Sequence record: MN850615.1
Direction: 5' to 3' (one strand)
Length of the DNA stretch: 64,000 nucleotides
From: Escherichia phage kvi
The stretch's first letter is position 1; the number at the start of each line of letters is the position of its first letter. The notes beneath the pieces are model-generated. The model was not told the DNA's origin, did no database searches, and saw nothing but the letters and a program-made list of their open reading frames with translations. Positions 1 to 9,560 of this stretch are shown in pieces. The position numbers and the translations under genes were made by a program.

Positions 1-1
1 C

Positions 2-1600
2 ATGAAAACTACCAAAGAACTGATGGAAAAATGGTCCCCGCTGCTGGAGAACGAAAAACTGCCGGAAATCGCAACTGCGTCTAAGCAGAAACTGGTTGCT
101 AAAATTCTGGAATCTCAGGAAGCGGATTTTGCTGTAGACCCGATCTATAAGGATGAAAAAGTTGTTGAAGCATTCGGTGGCTTTATCGCAGAAGCCGAAG
201 TTGCTGGCGACCACGGTTATGACGCATCTCAGATCGCGGCTGGTCAGACTACTGGTGCAATCACTAACGTAGGTCCGGCTGTTATCGGTATGGTTCGCCG
301 TGCTATTCCTAACCTGATCGCATTTGATATTTGTGGCGTTCAGCCGATGAGCACTCCGACTAGCCAGATCTTTGCAATCCGTTCTGTATACGGTCCAGAT
401 CCGCTGGCAGGTGGCAATGCTCAGAATGTTCGTGAAGCATTCCATCCGATGTATGCACCTGATGCATTCCATAGCTCTCTTGCTGCTAAAGGTGCAACTG
501 TAGGTTCTCCGACCGGGACTCCGTTTGCTAAACTAACTATCAATACTCAGATTGATGCAGGTGATATTGTACACCACACCTTCGCAGAAACTGGCATTGC
601 ATATCTGCAAAACGTTACCGCAGGACAAGTAACCCCGACCAAATCTGGCAGCGAGTCAGATGATGAAGTTGTCATGAAGCTGATTGAAGAAGGTAAACTG
701 GCTGAAATCGCTTTCGGTATGGCTACCTCTATCGCTGAAATTCAGGAAGGCTTTAATGGTTCAACTGGAAACCCGTGGGCTGAAATGTCAATGCGTATTG
801 ACAAACAGGTTGTTGAAGCGAAATCTCGCCAACTGAAAGCTCGTTATTCTATCGAAGTTGCGCAGGATCTGCGTGCTGTACACGGTATGGATGCTGACGC
901 TGAACTGAATGCTATCCTGGCTAACGAAGTTCTGCTGGAAATCAACCGTGAAATCGTTGACGTGATCAACTTTACCGCTCAGGTTGGTAAGACTGGTATG
1001 ACTCAGACCGTTGGTTCTAAAGCTGGTGTATTTGACCTGCAAGACCCGATCGATACTCGCGGTGCTCGTTGGGCTGGTGAATCCTTCAAATCTCTGATCT
1101 ACCAGATCGACAAAGAAGCTGCTGAAATCGCTCGTCAGACTGGTCGCGGTGCTGGTAACTTTGTTATCGCTTCCCGTAACGTTGTAAACATTCTGGCTTC
1201 TGCTGATCAGGGTATCAGTCTTGCTATGCAGGGTGCTGCAAAAGGTCTGAATACCGACACCACTAAAGCTGTTTTCGCTGGTGTTCTGGCTGGTAAGTAC
1301 AAAGTGTTCATCGACCAGTATGCTCGTCAAGACTACTTCACCGTAGGTTACAAAGGCGACAACGAAATGGATGCTGGTATCTACTATGCTCCGTATGTTG
1401 CTCTGACTCCGCTGCGTGCAACTGATCCGCAGTCTTTCCACCCGGTTCTGGGCTTCAAGACTCGCTACGGCATCGGTATTAACCCGTTTGCAGACAGCAA
1501 ATCCCAGGCACCGTCCGCTCGCATCACCTCCGGTATGTTGAGCAAAGACAGCGTAGGTAAAAACGCATACTTCCGTCGTGTATGGGTTAAAGGTTGCTAA
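2..1600 (+). CDS. 23: Major capsid protein gp23
   Basis: 532 aa; recalled T4 gp23 matches along the whole length (PEIA, GDHGY, AIPNLIAFDICGVQPM, NAYFRRV.VKG); ATG at 2. Confidence 0.95.
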   Translation: MKTTKELMEKWSPLLENEKLPEIATASKQKLVAKILESQEADFAVDPIYKDEKVVEAFGGFIAEAEVAGDHGYDASQIAAGQTTGAITNVGPAVIGMVRRAIPNLIAFDICGVQPMSTPTSQIFAIRSVYGPDPLAGGNAQNVREAFHPMYAPDAFHSSLAAKGATVGSPTGTPFAKLTINTQIDAGDIVHHTFAETGIAYLQNVTAGQVTPTKSGSESDDEVVMKLIEEGKLAEIAFGMATSIAEIQEGFNGSTGNPWAEMSMRIDKQVVEAKSRQLKARYSIEVAQDLRAVHGMDADAELNAILANEVLLEINREIVDVINFTAQVGKTGMTQTVGSKAGVFDLQDPIDTRGARWAGESFKSLIYQIDKEAAEIARQTGRGAGNFVIASRNVVNILASADQGISLAMQGAAKGLNTDTTKAVFAGVLAGKYKVFIDQYARQDYFTVGYKGDNEMDAGIYYAPYVALTPLRATDPQSFHPVLGFKTRYGIGINPFADSKSQAPSARITSGMLSKDSVGKNAYFRRVWVKGC

Positions 1601-1685
1601 TATAAGCCAATTCCTGAAAACTCCGGTCGGGTGCAATACCCGACTTATCATAAACCTTATGACAGTGTAAAGTGTTAATTCCAAA

Positions 1686-1715
1686 GGGAAGACTCGAAAG
1701 GGTCTTCCCTTTTTG
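1686..1715 (+). terminator. Rho-independent terminator after gene 23
   Basis: GGGAAGAC / GTCTTCCC stem with 8-nt loop followed by TTTTTG; a weaker hairpin at 1626-1644. Confidence 0.7.
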
Positions 1716-1730
1716 CGTATTATAACCCGT

Positions 1731-1738
1731 TATAAATA
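1731..1738 (+). promoter_or_regulatory. T4-type late promoter motif TATAAATA
   Basis: Exact TATAAATA upstream of the small + ORFs at 1915 and 2100. Confidence 0.4.
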
Positions 1739-1914
1739 AGGTTGCAAGCCTATATTCTATTGGGAGCGAAAATAGATACACACAACAAAGACAGGAAGAT
1801 GCAGAACATCGGTGGGTTGCTAGCCTAAATCCGGTGTCTATGATATGTGATTGATTTTGATGCTGGATTTATTAAAACACAACAAACAATTCCACCAATT
1901 TTCGTAGTAACTGC

Positions 1915-2103
1915 ATGGCAAAGGGACCAATGAATGAAATGAGCGTTCATGTTGATATTGGGTCGGATAGATTTGGTAGATATACAGATCTGGTGTATGC
2001 CGACCTTGTTATGACATTCCAGTGTGACGCTAGCGGTAATTTTTGGTTTTGGTACGCTGTTCCCCGAATTAACCCAAAATTCTCCATAAGGAGGAATGCA
2101 TGA
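1915..2103 (+). CDS. Hypothetical small protein
   Basis: 62-aa ORF from track; no clear SD at first ATG (alternative ATG at 1930 has AAGGGA). Confidence 0.3.
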   Translation: MAKGPMNEMSVHVDIGSDRFGRYTDLVYADLVMTFQCDASGNFWFWYAVPRINPKFSIRRNA

Positions 2104-2252
2104 GTAAGAAAGAAAACAGCTATGTTATGACTCGTAAGGAATACAACGAATTGATGTTAGCATTAGCTTATGCAATTATTCGTTCTGATCATGCAATTAA
2201 TCTGGTAAACAAAGTTAACCGTAGCGTTGATAATGTTTCTAGGAAGAAGTAA
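2100..2252 (+). CDS. Hypothetical small protein (50 aa)
   Basis: Not in ORF track; AAGGAGG 7 nt upstream of ATG; stop overlaps preceding ORF (ATGA). Confidence 0.45.
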   Translation: MSKKENSYVMTRKEYNELMLALAYAIIRSDHAINLVNKVNRSVDNVSRKK

Positions 2253-2291
2253 GTTTATTTTTGGAATCCTTTGGATTCCTTTTTCTTTTTG

Positions 2292-2299
2292 TATAAATA
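2292..2299 (+). promoter_or_regulatory. T4-type late promoter motif TATAAATA for gene 24
   Basis: Exact TATAAATA about 38 nt upstream of the gp24 ATG. Confidence 0.5.
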
Positions 2300-2336
2300 T
2301 GATATATCCATTAAGGCAAATACAGGATTCATAAAC

Positions 2337-3578
2337 ATGACTCATATTTTTACTGAACTGTTGCGGGAATCTACTTCCTCAGTAGCTAACCAGACAGCGC
2401 GACCGCAACTATTATCATTAACTCGCGCGGTAAACAACCTGATTTTCTCTGATCTGGTAGCAATCCAGCCAACGGATCAACCAGTATCTGCATTGTACGG
2501 CCTACGTTATCTTAATCGTGATGGTCAGATGACTTTCCGAACTGCTGCGACCTACGGTGGCGCGGCTGGTGATCGCACAGAGATTGAAGAGTTTTCAAAA
2601 GAAAAATCTTATGACGAAGGCGCACTATTCAAATCAGGCGATGTTGTATACGAAGTTGTGACCGCTGGTACAGTCGGTGAAGATGCCGAAACTCCAGAAG
2701 CTGCAATCTTTAAAGGCGTAATGACAAACAAAATTCGTTTCTACAGCGATTGTGCATCGGTAGAATACTTTGAAGATAAAAACACCGAAATTTCGTCTAC
2801 CTCTATGCAGTTTGATAAATGGCAGGTTAATGTAGGTTCTCGTAAACTGAAAACCTCATTCACGACCGAATTGATGCAGGATCTTGAGGCAAGCCAAATC
2901 AACTCTGAAAACTCTGTAATTGATCTTCTGGCTACTGTTGCTTCCGAAGAGATCAACAAAGATATTATTCAGAAGTTGATCACTGTATCATCTCGCTATA
3001 AAATTAAAGGGATCACCCCTGATGGCGTACTTTCTCTCGTTAGCGTTCAGGATGCACCAACACAAGCGCGTGAACTTTACCGCTACGCGTGCGAAATGAG
3101 CAATCAAATGTTGCGTACTTCCTCCTTTGCTGGTACATACGTTTTGGCTTCTTCTCGCGTGGTTGGCCTCCTGCAATCTACCGGGTGGATGGAAGAAACC
3201 GACAATGCTCTAAGCGAAGGTCGTCTACGTTGCGGTCTGGAAGTGTACGCAGACACGACAACACCTTTCGATTATATGCTCGTTGGTTGTAAGCACATGA
3301 TCGGTGATATGGAGAGTGTAGGTTCTCTGTTCTACTCCCCATATACAGAAGCCGACGGCGCTGGCGCGTATAAGAGCGTAATTGACCCTAATAGCTTCCA
3401 GCATCATGTAGCTATTATGAATCGTTATTCACTCTCTGTCAACCCATACACATCAAAAGTTGATCAGGAAGAACACCAGGTCATCAAGGGTGACGATTGG
3501 GGTAAAATGGCTGGACGTTCAGAAATGTCCTACATTTTAGGAATCGAACTGCCACCGCTTGAGATTGACAACGCTTAA
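2337..3578 (+). CDS. 24: Head vertex protein gp24
   Basis: 413 aa from ATG 2337 (track ORF starts earlier at an alternative codon); gp23-paralog similarity, position directly after 23. Confidence 0.9.
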   Translation: MTHIFTELLRESTSSVANQTARPQLLSLTRAVNNLIFSDLVAIQPTDQPVSALYGLRYLNRDGQMTFRTAATYGGAAGDRTEIEEFSKEKSYDEGALFKSGDVVYEVVTAGTVGEDAETPEAAIFKGVMTNKIRFYSDCASVEYFEDKNTEISSTSMQFDKWQVNVGSRKLKTSFTTELMQDLEASQINSENSVIDLLATVASEEINKDIIQKLITVSSRYKIKGITPDGVLSLVSVQDAPTQARELYRYACEMSNQMLRTSSFAGTYVLASSRVVGLLQSTGWMEETDNALSEGRLRCGLEVYADTTTPFDYMLVGCKHMIGDMESVGSLFYSPYTEADGAGAYKSVIDPNSFQHHVAIMNRYSLSVNPYTSKVDQEEHQVIKGDDWGKMAGRSEMSYILGIELPPLEIDNA

Positions 3579-4166
3579 CTAAATATCTAACCAAGACAAG
3601 TCAGATCCGCCCAAGATTTTTTCGACGGCGGATCTATTTTCTTGATGATATAAGTTAAAACATGGTATCCCATGTCTACGGGCAACATAAACAGCAATTC
3701 GAGTTCCTCCCGAAACGATTCCATTAACTTCTTTCGCCCAGAATATCACACAATCTACAGGATCATCAAGTGTCTCACCTAAGACTTGAGCAACATTTCT
3801 AGAAAACAGATTTTGCATGTATAACGGTATAGAACGAGGATTATCATAAACGTGTTCTAATTCATCCATCGCCAGATTCTTTTGTTCTAAGGTTTGCCAT
3901 GCAATAACATCATGACCGTTATGCTTATGGTCATAAAACTTCCAATTTGGAATGAAAATTTTTCTATAATCTGGATCGTAATACTTCATGAAAGCATTGT
4001 CCATACCGTAAGCCCCTCCAGAATGCGCTACAACGCGATTTTCTGACAATACCCTCCCAATGGTACTAGCCATTATCAAAATGTCGCTAGGCGCTTTTCT
4101 AGAGCCTATTAAAGCACATCTACGAAGTGGTTTTACTCCAAATAGATCTTGTAACTGGTCAAACAT
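3579..4166 (-). CDS. DprA/Smf-like (SLOG-type Rossmann fold) protein
   Basis: 195 aa; ALIGSRKAPSD...VVAHSGGAYGMDNAF and IVSGGTRIAVYVARRHGIPCF resemble the DprA Rossmann core; GGAGG SD. Confidence 0.5.
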   Translation of the reverse strand: MFDQLQDLFGVKPLRRCALIGSRKAPSDILIMASTIGRVLSENRVVAHSGGAYGMDNAFMKYYDPDYRKIFIPNWKFYDHKHNGHDVIAWQTLEQKNLAMDELEHVYDNPRSIPLYMQNLFSRNVAQVLGETLDDPVDCVIFWAKEVNGIVSGGTRIAVYVARRHGIPCFNLYHQENRSAVEKILGGSDLSWLDI

Positions 4167-4190
4167 AATATTTCCTCCATAGAAAGCAAT

Positions 4191-4219
4191 ATCATACTAC
4201 AAGTTAATAACAAATGCAA
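4191..4219 (-). promoter_or_regulatory. Putative sigma70-like promoter (TTGCAT-17-TATGAT)
   Basis: On - strand upstream of 3579..4166; weaker match than the PeSL promoters. Confidence 0.3.
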
Positions 4220-4320
4220 GTATCCGCGTAGCGGAAGCGAGCACAGCGAGCAATAAAAACACTTCCAGTAATTGATTAATAAATGTTCGAAACAAATTTT
4301 TATTATTCTATAAGATAAGT

Positions 4321-4345
4321 CTTCGTTTTGATCATAATTTAATCA
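4321..4345. repeat. Direct repeat copy 1 (25 bp, CTTCGTTTTGATCATAATTTAATCA)
   Basis: Identical 25-mer recurs at 4470-4494 inside a 410-bp non-coding stretch. Confidence 0.6.
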
Positions 4346-4469
4346 TACATGTAAAAACTACACAAAAGGATATCGCTTCGCGAACCCCTACGGAGTATAA
4401 CATTTGTGTTACAATATGTAGTGATTAATAATTAACCAAAGATACATTTTCTATGTTCTAAAGATCTTT

Positions 4470-4494
4470 CTTCGTTTTGATCATAATTTAATCA
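4470..4494. repeat. Direct repeat copy 2 (25 bp)
   Basis: Identical to 4321-4345; flanks also similar (CATGTAAA..ACTA). Confidence 0.6.
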
Positions 4495-4547
4495 AACAGT
4501 ATTAATATTGTGCACATGTAAACTAAAATTATGTTAATAACAGATAC

Positions 4548-4572
4548 AAAAAAGCCGCCCAGAAGGACGGCT
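4548..4572 (-). terminator. Rho-independent terminator (- strand)
   Basis: GC hairpin AGCCG..CGGCT followed on - strand by TTTTTT; just downstream of ORF 4581..5018. Confidence 0.5.
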
Positions 4573-4580
4573 AATGTTAA

Positions 4581-5018
4581 TTATTTGTTGATAACGATCT
4601 GATTTCGGCGAATGGTAACATTACTCTTAGAGATGATCAGATCATCCGGCACTACGTTAGTTTTGTATGGTTGGAATCGAACAAGCATCTGATTGCGTTT
4701 AGACCCTTCCTTAATCTTGATTTCCATCTGGATATTGTTGCCTACGTGAGCAACCGCAATTTCACCTTTATTCTCATAGACCCACTTGCTGGTAACGTCT
4801 CCAGCAAAAGCCTTAATAACTTGCAATGCTTCGTCGTATGCGGTAGAGCTGTGAACTTTCAGAAGGCCAGCCGTAGCAAGACGGGAGCAGGTGATCGCCG
4901 GAGATTGCCAAACATCAACATTAATTTGCTCAATCAGAGTAACACCGCCCTGATCAACTGCTTTGAATGCTTCGAACATTGCCTTTTTCATTGCTACGTG
5001 GTTTTTACGGAATTTCAT
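4581..5018 (-). CDS. Hypothetical protein
   Basis: 145 aa; ATG with GAGGTG SD; no recognisable motif. Confidence 0.6.
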   Translation of the reverse strand: MKFRKNHVAMKKAMFEAFKAVDQGGVTLIEQINVDVWQSPAITCSRLATAGLLKVHSSTAYDEALQVIKAFAGDVTSKWVYENKGEIAVAHVGNNIQMEIKIKEGSKRNQMLVRFQPYKTNVVPDDLIISKSNVTIRRNQIVINK

Positions 5019-5064
5019 AATTAGTCACCTCTATTGATTAGTTATTCAGAATATTAATTACAAA

Positions 5065-5340
5065 TCAGGACATTGCCCGTTTGAATGCGTCCATTATAAC
5101 AGTGTTATTTGGCTTGTCAACACGTTTTTGAACTTTATTTTTAAATTTTTTGTTGATGTGGTGTTTACGATAAACAACCTTTTCACGATTGGCGTAAGAC
5201 TCTCGTGCATCTTTTACCATCAACCATGCCTTAGCCGCATCTTGTCCGCTGATCCCGCCAATCTTCTTAGCAATATCAACAAAATTAAGACCGTGGTCTT
5301 CGCGTAGCATGTAAACCATTAACGCTGTTTTCTTGTCCAT
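5065..5340 (-). CDS. Hypothetical basic protein
   Basis: 91 aa, lysine-rich C-terminus; start overlaps upstream stop (TAATG). Confidence 0.55.
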   Translation of the reverse strand: MDKKTALMVYMLREDHGLNFVDIAKKIGGISGQDAAKAWLMVKDARESYANREKVVYRKHHINKKFKNKVQKRVDKPNNTVIMDAFKRAMS

Positions 5341-5537
5341 TACTTCGCCTCATTGACGATTAACAGGATAGTGATCAGTACCGGAAACTGGATCATGACA
5401 GTACCAAAAAACCGGATAAACGCATTTTCTGACTTCCACACATGACATGCGACTAGCTGATAGACCATTGTTGCAACCAAAGCCAGAAAATACATCTCGA
5501 TTGGTGCTTCTTTGATCAATCGTACAATCTCATTCAT
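5340..5537 (-). CDS. Small hydrophobic (membrane) protein
   Basis: 65 aa, largely hydrophobic; GAGGTG SD. Confidence 0.5.
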   Translation of the reverse strand: MNEIVRLIKEAPIEMYFLALVATMVYQLVACHVWKSENAFIRFFGTVMIQFPVLITILLIVNEAK

Positions 5538-5664
5538 ACTTCACCTCATACATTCATAAACACAACAACGAATAATACAGTAACAGTTATCAACGCCATT
5601 TTCAACCCCATATTCATAATATTTTCTTCGCCTCACTATGGACAGTAGCATGTCGATGCGTGCC

Positions 5665-5692
5665 ATTATAGGCATCTAAATCGCTCTGTCAA
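5665..5692 (-). promoter_or_regulatory. Early promoter (TTGACA-16-TATAAT)
   Basis: rc of TGTCAA at 5687-5692 and ATTATA at 5665-5670. Confidence 0.5.
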
Positions 5693-5702
5693 GCACAAAA
5701 AC

Positions 5703-5727
5703 AAAAAAGCCACCCCGAAGGATGGCT
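5703..5727 (-). terminator. Terminator downstream of hoc
   Basis: AGCCACCCC..GGATGGCT hairpin followed on - strand by T-run. Confidence 0.5.
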
Positions 5728-5738
5728 GATAGATTTCA

Positions 5739-6953
5739 TTAAGCAGGATGCGTTTCACGAATGCGTAGAACTCGCTCTAACGTCTCTCGGTCCAGTTTAT
5801 GTAACTCTTTGGAATGATACATGAAACCATTGCGAGATTCCATGCAAGTGCAATCACTATATTTTTCTTCCGCTGCCGCGATTGTCTCCAGATCTTTGGC
5901 GTACTTGCTGGTTGAATAAACTTCTCGGTTACGCCACTCTAACCCAGCCTCATTGAATTTAACAATCTCGTCAAATACCCACCATCCAATGTAGATAAAT
6001 GAAGTTTTGCGCCACGGGATCGGGTGTACGTAACGAAACATTTTAACAACTTCCATTGAACATTTTCTACTTGTACTTGTTGCAACTTCTACTGTTTCAT
6101 CTTCGATCTGTTGATATAGTTTAGCAACACACCAGAATTTGGCTGTGTCATCGTAAGTAGCACTCTCTTTGAACAGATGACCGTCTGGAGTGATAGAAAA
6201 TCCTTCCAGTGCTTCGCCAACCTCACTACCGATCAGAGTCGGTGACATTTGCCCTTCGCGCTGCAAATACCAGTTATATTTGATCGTCAATTCAGGCATA
6301 CCGCTAGAATCGCCTACAATGTTCTCTGACACAACATAATTAAGTAAGATCTCATTACCTAGTGCCACGGTCTTTGATTCCACCACATCCTGATCTACGT
6401 TCATTGTTGCCAGCATGATTTTAGTCGATGCGCTAGCGGCTGAATCTTCCGACTCACCCCACACTTTTACAGTATACACGCCGTTTTTATCTGCTGTAAA
6501 TTCTTGGATCGTAATATCCTTTTTTGTGTCTATAACGTCATCGCCCTTACTCCAACTATAATGTAGTTCATAGTTGTCTGATGGAGTCTTCCCACCAGAA
6601 AATTTTACTGTTGCATGTAATTCTACGTTTGTTTGTGATGATACGTAGAAATGCTGCGGTTCGGTGATATTTACGATTAATTCAGCTTCTTCCATGAGGA
6701 AAACTTCAGATTCTACTGATGTCATCGTATCGGTATCCTGTACCGTTACTTTATAGCTACCCGCATTTTCACTTGTTGCGTCTGCTACAGTTAGCGTAGC
6801 TGTGCTATTTTCATGCGGTTGGTCGTCTTTTGTCCATGTATATGTCAAATTGCTGGGTAATGGTTCGTCACCCGCTACAGTCGCCGTTAAGGTGAAACCA
6901 TCTCCAGCAAGAAAACATCTTTTGTCAGATTTAATTGATACTGTGAAAGTCAT
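5739..6953 (-). CDS. hoc: Hoc, highly immunogenic outer capsid protein
   Basis: 404 aa; Ig-like repeats then C-terminal YVHPIPW..IGWWVFDEI..ESRNG motif as in recalled T4 Hoc. Confidence 0.85.
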   Translation of the reverse strand: MTFTVSIKSDKRCFLAGDGFTLTATVAGDEPLPSNLTYTWTKDDQPHENSTATLTVADATSENAGSYKVTVQDTDTMTSVESEVFLMEEAELIVNITEPQHFYVSSQTNVELHATVKFSGGKTPSDNYELHYSWSKGDDVIDTKKDITIQEFTADKNGVYTVKVWGESEDSAASASTKIMLATMNVDQDVVESKTVALGNEILLNYVVSENIVGDSSGMPELTIKYNWYLQREGQMSPTLIGSEVGEALEGFSITPDGHLFKESATYDDTAKFWCVAKLYQQIEDETVEVATSTSRKCSMEVVKMFRYVHPIPWRKTSFIYIGWWVFDEIVKFNEAGLEWRNREVYSTSKYAKDLETIAAAEEKYSDCTCMESRNGFMYHSKELHKLDRETLERVLRIRETHPA

Positions 6954-7122
6954 ATAAAGCCACTCCCATAGAAAATCCGAATTTAATTAATTGAAATAGT
7001 TGATTGCCATCAACCAGATAACCATTGCGAGATTCCAATACATGAGTATTAGAATAGTGATGCAACGAGGCCGAAATAGTATCGATCTCGTCTGGGTATT
7101 TGTTCTGTTTGATGTAATACAT
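6931..7122 (-). CDS. Hypothetical small protein with Hoc C-terminal-like motif
   Basis: 63 aa; YYIK..ESRNGY resembles the Hoc C-terminal region; overlaps hoc start by 23 nt. Confidence 0.3.
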   Translation of the reverse strand: MYYIKQNKYPDEIDTISASLHHYSNTHVLESRNGYLVDGNQLFQLIKFGFSMGVALYDFHSIN

Positions 7123-7218
7123 TGATTTTGTTAGACATGTAGTATCCTCTTTTTAATTGCATAACGGAACTACAATTAAAATTATAACAAATATTTCACA
7201 ACTTTTATCACCCAAAAA

Positions 7219-7944
7219 TTACTTGAGTGTGTGGAATTGGCTGTGTTTAGTCTCTCGCACCTTGACAGACCCATCGCGTTTGATATAATAGATCAGTGAC
7301 TTGAGGGTGTCGTGTACATACGCGTGCGGGAAACGCTCTGGATACTTCTTCCAATCTGGAGTATTAACGATCCAGTCGAAAATCCACCACGGGCAGGAGT
7401 AGTAACCACGACCGCCACCGATCAAGCAAATGGTCGGACGGAAGCCAGTAAGATCGCAAAATGAATCAGTGTCATGTGCTGGGGAACGATGCTCTGCTTC
7501 GTTAGAGAAAATGTTGGCTACCGGAGATTCCACTTTAACTTCCGGTGCTTCTTCAACATCTGACTTAACTTCTTCGACCACTGGTTCAACTGCCGGAGAT
7601 TCTTCTTTTGTTTCTTCAATGACGATCTCAGGTTCTTTCATTGCTTCAACCAGAGACGGATCAACTTCGTCGAATACCACTTTATCATCTGCGGTGTCTG
7701 CTGCCAGAATAAGATCGTTAATACTGGTTCCTTCTGCCGGAGTTTCTTCTTCCATTTCGGAAGCCAGTTTAGTTAATTCTGTTTCTACGAACTCGATCAT
7801 GTTCTCTAGCGAGAGCGTCTTTTTGACCTTTATATCAAATTGTTTTGCGTAGTCCGCTAATTCTGTTTTAGCGGCTTTCTGTGATTCTTTGTCGTCGGAC
7901 GCCGCAATAGCGCGGAGTTCTTCGAAATATTCTTTATCAAACAT
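7219..7944 (-). CDS. inh: Acidic protein, Inh-like by position, with Hoc-like C-terminal motif
   Basis: 241 aa; Glu-rich linker; C-terminal PWWIFDWIV..YYIKRDG resembles Hoc capsid-binding motif; sits where T4 has inh. Confidence 0.45.
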   Translation of the reverse strand: MFDKEYFEELRAIAASDDKESQKAAKTELADYAKQFDIKVKKTLSLENMIEFVETELTKLASEMEEETPAEGTSINDLILAADTADDKVVFDEVDPSLVEAMKEPEIVIEETKEESPAVEPVVEEVKSDVEEAPEVKVESPVANIFSNEAEHRSPAHDTDSFCDLTGFRPTICLIGGGRGYYSCPWWIFDWIVNTPDWKKYPERFPHAYVHDTLKSLIYYIKRDGSVKVRETKHSQFHTLK

Positions 7945-7970
7945 GTTATTCTCCTGATTGGGGGTGTTTG

Positions 7971-7978
7971 TATAAATA
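7971..7978 (+). promoter_or_regulatory. Late promoter motif TATAAATA for uvsW
   Basis: Exact TATAAATA about 37 nt upstream of ATG 8015. Confidence 0.5.
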
Positions 7979-8014
7979 TTTGTATACTGTATTTATTGAG
8001 TGAGGCTATTCGCT

Positions 8015-9517
8015 ATGCAAGATATTAAAATTCACTTTCTGAACTACTCCCATGTTCAAATTGAATGTAGCGATTCAATTTTATTAGAAATGCGAGATTA
8101 TTTTAGTTTTGAAGTCGAGGGAGCGCGGTTTCAAAAAAGATTTAAGTATGGTGGATGGGATGGGCGTATTCGTCTTTTAGATTACAACGGAAAGCTGCCA
8201 ATCGGCCTAACTAAAACCGTGGGAATCTTCGCTAAAAATATGGGCTATAGCGTATGGGTAGATCCTCGCTTATTCGAAAAAGAACAAGTTACAGAAGAAG
8301 AAATTACAAAATGGTGTAATGACTTAGAATTATATTCCGGTGCTAACAGGATCACCCCGCATTGGTATCAATCAAAGGCCGTCTTTGAAGGTATTCATCA
8401 TAAACGCCGTATGTTAGTTTTGCCTACGTCCGCTGGTAAATCTGCGATTGCTTGTATGTTGTCTCGTTGGTACTTAGAGAACTACGAAGGGAAAGTGTTG
8501 ATCATCGTTCCTACCACGTCGCTAGTGCTGCAAATGCGTGATGACTTTGTTGATTATCGCCAGTTTCCTTATGAAGCAATTCATACTATCATGAGCGGTA
8601 CTAGTAAACACGTAGGTGATCGCCTGATCGTTGTTAGTACGTGGCAATCTGCATGTAAACAACCTCGTGAGTGGTTCCAACAATTCGGGATGGTTATTGT
8701 TGACGAATGTCATAAAGCCACTGCTAAAAACCTGCTAAACATCGTTACTGATATGGATCATTGCCAATTTAAGATCGGCATGACTGGTTCCCCTCGTGAC
8801 GGGAAAGCTAACATGATGCAGTATGTCGGGCTTTTCGGTGATATTTCTAAGATCGTGAGTATTGACCGCCTGATGGAAGAAGGTCAGGTGACAAAACTGA
8901 AAATTAACTGTCTTTTCCTTCGTTATACCGATGAGGAATGTAGCGCGGTTAAGGGGCGAGAATATGCGGAAGAGATCAAGTATATTACGTCTAACCCACG
9001 ACGAAATAAGTTTGCTTGTAATTTGGCGCTAAAACTCGCTAAGAAGGGCGAAAACGTATTCCTGATGTTCCGCAATACTAAGCACGGAAAACTTATGTAT
9101 GACGCGTTACAGAAGGTACACGACAAGGTTTATTATATTGACGGTGGAGTTAAGACAGAAGAACGTGATGAATTTAAGAAAATGGCGGAGGGTGACACCG
9201 GGATCATTTGTGTTGCGTCTTATGGTGTGTTCTCTACTGGTGTTTCAATTAAGAATTTGCACCATGTTATTTTCGGTCATCCAGTGAAGGAATCAACTAT
9301 CGTTCGTCAGAGTATCGGTCGTGCATTGCGCAAACATGGTTCTAAGGATATTGCAACGGTCTGGGATCTTATAGATCATCTGGCGGTGAAGACAAAGAGC
9401 AAGAATGCTAAGAAACAGTTTAGTCACCTTAATTATGCTCTTAAACATGCCCTTGAAAGAATAAAAATTTACAACACCGACCGATTTGAATATGTCACGA
9501 AAACCATCGAGATTTAA
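8015..9517 (+). CDS. uvsW: UvsW DNA/RNA helicase
   Basis: 500 aa from ATG 8015 (track start 8000 is GTG); close match to recalled T4 UvsW (RFKYGGWDGRIRLLDY, LPTSAGKS, DECH, KHGSKDIATVWDL). Confidence 0.95.
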   Translation: MQDIKIHFLNYSHVQIECSDSILLEMRDYFSFEVEGARFQKRFKYGGWDGRIRLLDYNGKLPIGLTKTVGIFAKNMGYSVWVDPRLFEKEQVTEEEITKWCNDLELYSGANRITPHWYQSKAVFEGIHHKRRMLVLPTSAGKSAIACMLSRWYLENYEGKVLIIVPTTSLVLQMRDDFVDYRQFPYEAIHTIMSGTSKHVGDRLIVVSTWQSACKQPREWFQQFGMVIVDECHKATAKNLLNIVTDMDHCQFKIGMTGSPRDGKANMMQYVGLFGDISKIVSIDRLMEEGQVTKLKINCLFLRYTDEECSAVKGREYAEEIKYITSNPRRNKFACNLALKLAKKGENVFLMFRNTKHGKLMYDALQKVHDKVYYIDGGVKTEERDEFKKMAEGDTGIICVASYGVFSTGVSIKNLHHVIFGHPVKESTIVRQSIGRALRKHGSKDIATVWDLIDHLAVKTKSKNAKKQFSHLNYALKHALERIKIYNTDRFEYVTKTIEI

Positions 9518-9522
9518 TAAAT

Positions 9523-9546
9523 AGGGGCTTTAATGCCCCTTTATTC
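9523..9546 (+). terminator. Terminator after uvsW
   Basis: AGGGGC..GCCCCT hairpin followed by TTATTC. Confidence 0.55.
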
Positions 9547-9560
9547 TACGGAGATTAAAA

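Noticed and set aside
788-1684. Antisense and overlapping ORFs in the track (for example 788..1684 -, 20600..21202 +, 45066..45518 +, 45551..46168 +, 51866..52363 -)
   Set aside because: They lie entirely inside well-supported genes (gp23, alt, gp32, gp34) on the opposite strand and have no SD or conserved motifs.
4167-4580. tRNA or other structured RNA gene in the non-coding stretch after gene 24
   Set aside because: No cloverleaf with acceptor stem and anticodon arm could be drawn by eye; kept only as a repeat-containing region.
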